Shown here: positions 62,087 through 64,000 of the stretch, in pieces
Layout: every line of letters starts with the position of its first letter
How positions within the stretch are numbered: position 1 is the first letter of the stretch
Source: an uncultured Eubacteriales bacterium
Lineage (GTDB): Bacteria; Bacillota; Clostridia; Christensenellales; Aristaeellaceae
Direction of reading: 5' to 3'
Assembly (NCBI GenBank): GCA_944349855.1
Contig: CALVNS010000006.1
Location: 12,908 to 76,907 of the forward strand
Length of the DNA stretch: 64,000 bases
Program-made: the position numbers and the translations under genes
Notes under the pieces: generated by a model
Seen by the model: only the letters and a program-made list of their open reading frames with translations
Told to the model about the DNA's origin: nothing
Databases searched by the model: none

Positions 62087-63831
62087 AACGAATGTCTGTC
62101 GCGCTGCCGGCGCTCTTTTTGCTGCTGGCCATGCTGGGGTTGAGCGCCATTCTGGCGCTGTATAGCCGTCTGTCTCACCTCTCTGAGCTGGACGTGCTCG
62201 AATCCTTCTCTCTGGCGATCGATCAGATCGCCATCACGCTGCAGGACCGCATGGGATTTGCAGAGGAGACAATGCGCGCGCTGCTGTACGATTCCCGCGT
62301 GTACGAGTCGATTTCCCGTTCAGCCAAGGAGGAGACGCTTGAGGCACAGCTGGAGGAAATCAAGGATCTGCGCGATGCCGTCTACTCCACGGTAGAAAAC
62401 CGTGATCTGCTCCAGGTGCGCCTGTACATGAGCGACGTCAAGATGATCACTCGCGAGGGCATCAACTTTTTTACCCTCACCGAGGCACGCGACACGCCGG
62501 AATACGCGCTGCTGCTCGCCTCCGACGACGTCTTCTCCTGGATCGGCGCGCACGCAGTGCATACCAACTATTTCGACGATACCTGTGTCACGCTGGGCTG
62601 CATGTATCAACGCTACAATGCCGAGTCGGACGATCAGTGGGCGATGCTGCTGCTGGACATGTCCGTCGAACGCTTTACCGGCGTCCTCGACACCTTGACA
62701 CTGACCAACCGCGACGCACATATTGCAGTTGTCGACGCAGCCGGCGCCGTGATGTGCGGCGGCGAAAGCGACATGATTCGCGACGTCGTCGCGGGCGGCG
62801 ATGTGCCTACGAATGCTGCCGCTGTAAGCGGCTTTTGCGCGTCGCAGGCGGGCGGGCAATTGGCATACGTGCGCAAGCCGCTAGGATTTGCCGGTTGGTC
62901 GATCGTGGCCTGCATGCCGCGCGCCAGCTTGCTGGAAGGCCAACGGGTGACGCGCAATACGCTCACGTTGCTCCTGTTCGGCTTCACGTTGCTGATGATC
63001 GCACTGCTGGGAATCGCGCTGCTGGCGCTGTACGTGCGACGCGTGCGCCTGTACCTGCACGATCTCAACGACAGCCTGAACGCAAGCGGCCGGCGCAGCT
63101 CCTCCCTACATGTACGCCGTGCGCTGTTCAGCCTGGACCTGAGCATCGCGGAGCTTCTGCGCACCAACGAGCGCCTGACCGAGGAGAATTACCGTGCGCA
63201 GCTGCGGGAGCACGAAGTCAAGTTGCAGGCATTGCAGGCGCAGATCAATCCGCACTTTCTGTACAATACGTTGGATTCTATCAATTGGATGGCCATCCGC
63301 GAAAACGCCTCGGACGTTTCCGATGCGCTGGTCACTCTGGCTGACTACTTTCGGCTCAGCCTCAGCCGCGGCCGCAGCGTCGTCACGCTGCGCGAGGACG
63401 CACAGATCGTGCAGAAGTATCTGGCCCTCTATGAGCGGCGTTTCGACTACCAGTATCAGGTCATCTGGGCGTTTCAGGAAGATGCGCTGGACTGTCTGAT
63501 TCCCAAGCTGACGTTGCAACCGCTTGTCGAGAATGCACTCCAGCACGGCATCTTCAAGCGCCCCGACAAGTTGGGCGGCATCGTGCGCATCAGCGCGCAC
63601 GTGACGGATGACCGCATGACGTTAAGCGTGCAGGATAACGGGCCGGGACTGTCCGGCCATACCGTACCGGGCAAGGGATATGGTCTGTCCAACGTGCGCG
63701 AGCGGCTCGATCTGTACTTTGAGGGGCGCTACAGTCTGCAAATCGGCAATGCGCCGGAAGGTGGCGTACTTGCACAGGTCCAGGTTTTCGCTGAACGCGA
63801 AGCGCCAGACAGATCCGCCACGGAGGAGTAA
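62080..63831 (+). CDS. sensor histidine kinase (YesM-like: 2 TM, HAMP, His_kinase, HATPase)
   Basis: QAQINPHFLYNTLDSINWMA H-box of the LytS/YesM class, then LVENALQHG and DNGPGL. 7-nt overlap with the regulator gene. Confidence 0.9.
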   Translation: MLKRMSVALPALFLLLAMLGLSAILALYSRLSHLSELDVLESFSLAIDQIAITLQDRMGFAEETMRALLYDSRVYESISRSAKEETLEAQLEEIKDLRDAVYSTVENRDLLQVRLYMSDVKMITREGINFFTLTEARDTPEYALLLASDDVFSWIGAHAVHTNYFDDTCVTLGCMYQRYNAESDDQWAMLLLDMSVERFTGVLDTLTLTNRDAHIAVVDAAGAVMCGGESDMIRDVVAGGDVPTNAAAVSGFCASQAGGQLAYVRKPLGFAGWSIVACMPRASLLEGQRVTRNTLTLLLFGFTLLMIALLGIALLALYVRRVRLYLHDLNDSLNASGRRSSSLHVRRALFSLDLSIAELLRTNERLTEENYRAQLREHEVKLQALQAQINPHFLYNTLDSINWMAIRENASDVSDALVTLADYFRLSLSRGRSVVTLREDAQIVQKYLALYERRFDYQYQVIWAFQEDALDCLIPKLTLQPLVENALQHGIFKRPDKLGGIVRISAHVTDDRMTLSVQDNGPGLSGHTVPGKGYGLSNVRERLDLYFEGRYSLQIGNAPEGGVLAQVQVFAEREAPDRSATEE

Positions 63832-63863
63832 ATCGCCTTCCGACATGCTTCCCAGCCCAAAAC

Positions 63864-63899
63864 AAAGAGAAAACGCACAGCCGTGCGTTTTCTCTTTTG
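63864..63899 (+). terminator. rho-independent terminator after the kinase gene
   Basis: 12-bp stem GAGAAAACGCAC / GTGCGTTTTCTC with AGCC loop, followed by TTTTGG. Confidence 0.85.
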
Positions 63900-64000
63900 G
63901 CGCTGCATCTGATTAGCGCTTTTGGTTTTCGCCCATTCATACCTTTAAAAGTCCCCATGACACAGGACGTTCCCCGGCGGCTGCGCGCGGATCCTGCACA

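Noticed and set aside
1-64000. Scan for tRNA, rRNA, CRISPR arrays, IS elements/transposases, integrases, prophage genes, or a GC-content island
   Set aside because: I found no T-loop/cloverleaf candidates, regularly spaced repeats, terminal inverted repeats or recombinase-like ORFs. The AT-rich patches all coincide with intergenic promoter regions. Manual scanning cannot fully exclude small ncRNAs.

Overview
This is a GC-rich (about 60-65% by eye, not computed), gene-dense chromosomal segment. It comes from a spore-forming Firmicute: a clear spo0A is present, and a high-GC Clostridia/Oscillospiraceae-like origin is my inference only. I call about 59 protein-coding genes, roughly 80% on the minus strand. 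Many are joined by 1-14 nt overlaps, and GTG/TTG starts are frequent. I saw no rRNA, tRNA, CRISPR array, transposase, integrase or obvious defence island.

Contents in order:
- birA / S58 peptidase / acpS operon
- MoxR-DUF58-transglutaminase operon
- MATE pump
- orphan GH127-like gene
- pckA
- a run of uncharacterised protein, 28-aa micro-ORF, membrane HD-GYP, DUF5317-like protein and rsmA
- DegV, DUF1622, TraX, a zinc-ribbon protein, an XRE regulator with a long acidic tail, and a nucleoside hydrolase
- spo0A, with 0A-box-like heptamers in its leader
- glpK, uppP, a GNAT, rmuC
- the conserved plsX-acpP-rnc-smc-ftsY block
- a CsoR/RcnR-family repressor + DMT permease operon, with a perfect 29-nt palindrome over its promoter, divergent from a 2-gene PNAG-like (GT2 + deacetylase) locus
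- an ECF sigma / anti-sigma pair
- a ~10-kb sialic-acid-type catabolic locus
- a PepSY-associated two-component operon
- a second ABC sugar locus with a FAD oxidoreductase and a YesN/YesM-type two-component system

The best novelty candidate is the atypical sialic-acid locus (41.5-51.9 kb). Its nanK, rpiR, nanE and nanA genes sit with an oligosaccharide-type ABC importer, two signal-peptide-less BNR/Asp-box propeller proteins and a NeuD-family acetyltransferase. A 12-nt direct repeat flanks the nanK promoter. Secondary candidates are the csoR-like/DMT operon with its operator, the HD-GYP module with an unannotated micro-ORF, and the hydrolase-less ABC/FAD-oxidoreductase locus.

All functional calls rest on motif recognition from memory, not on database searches.
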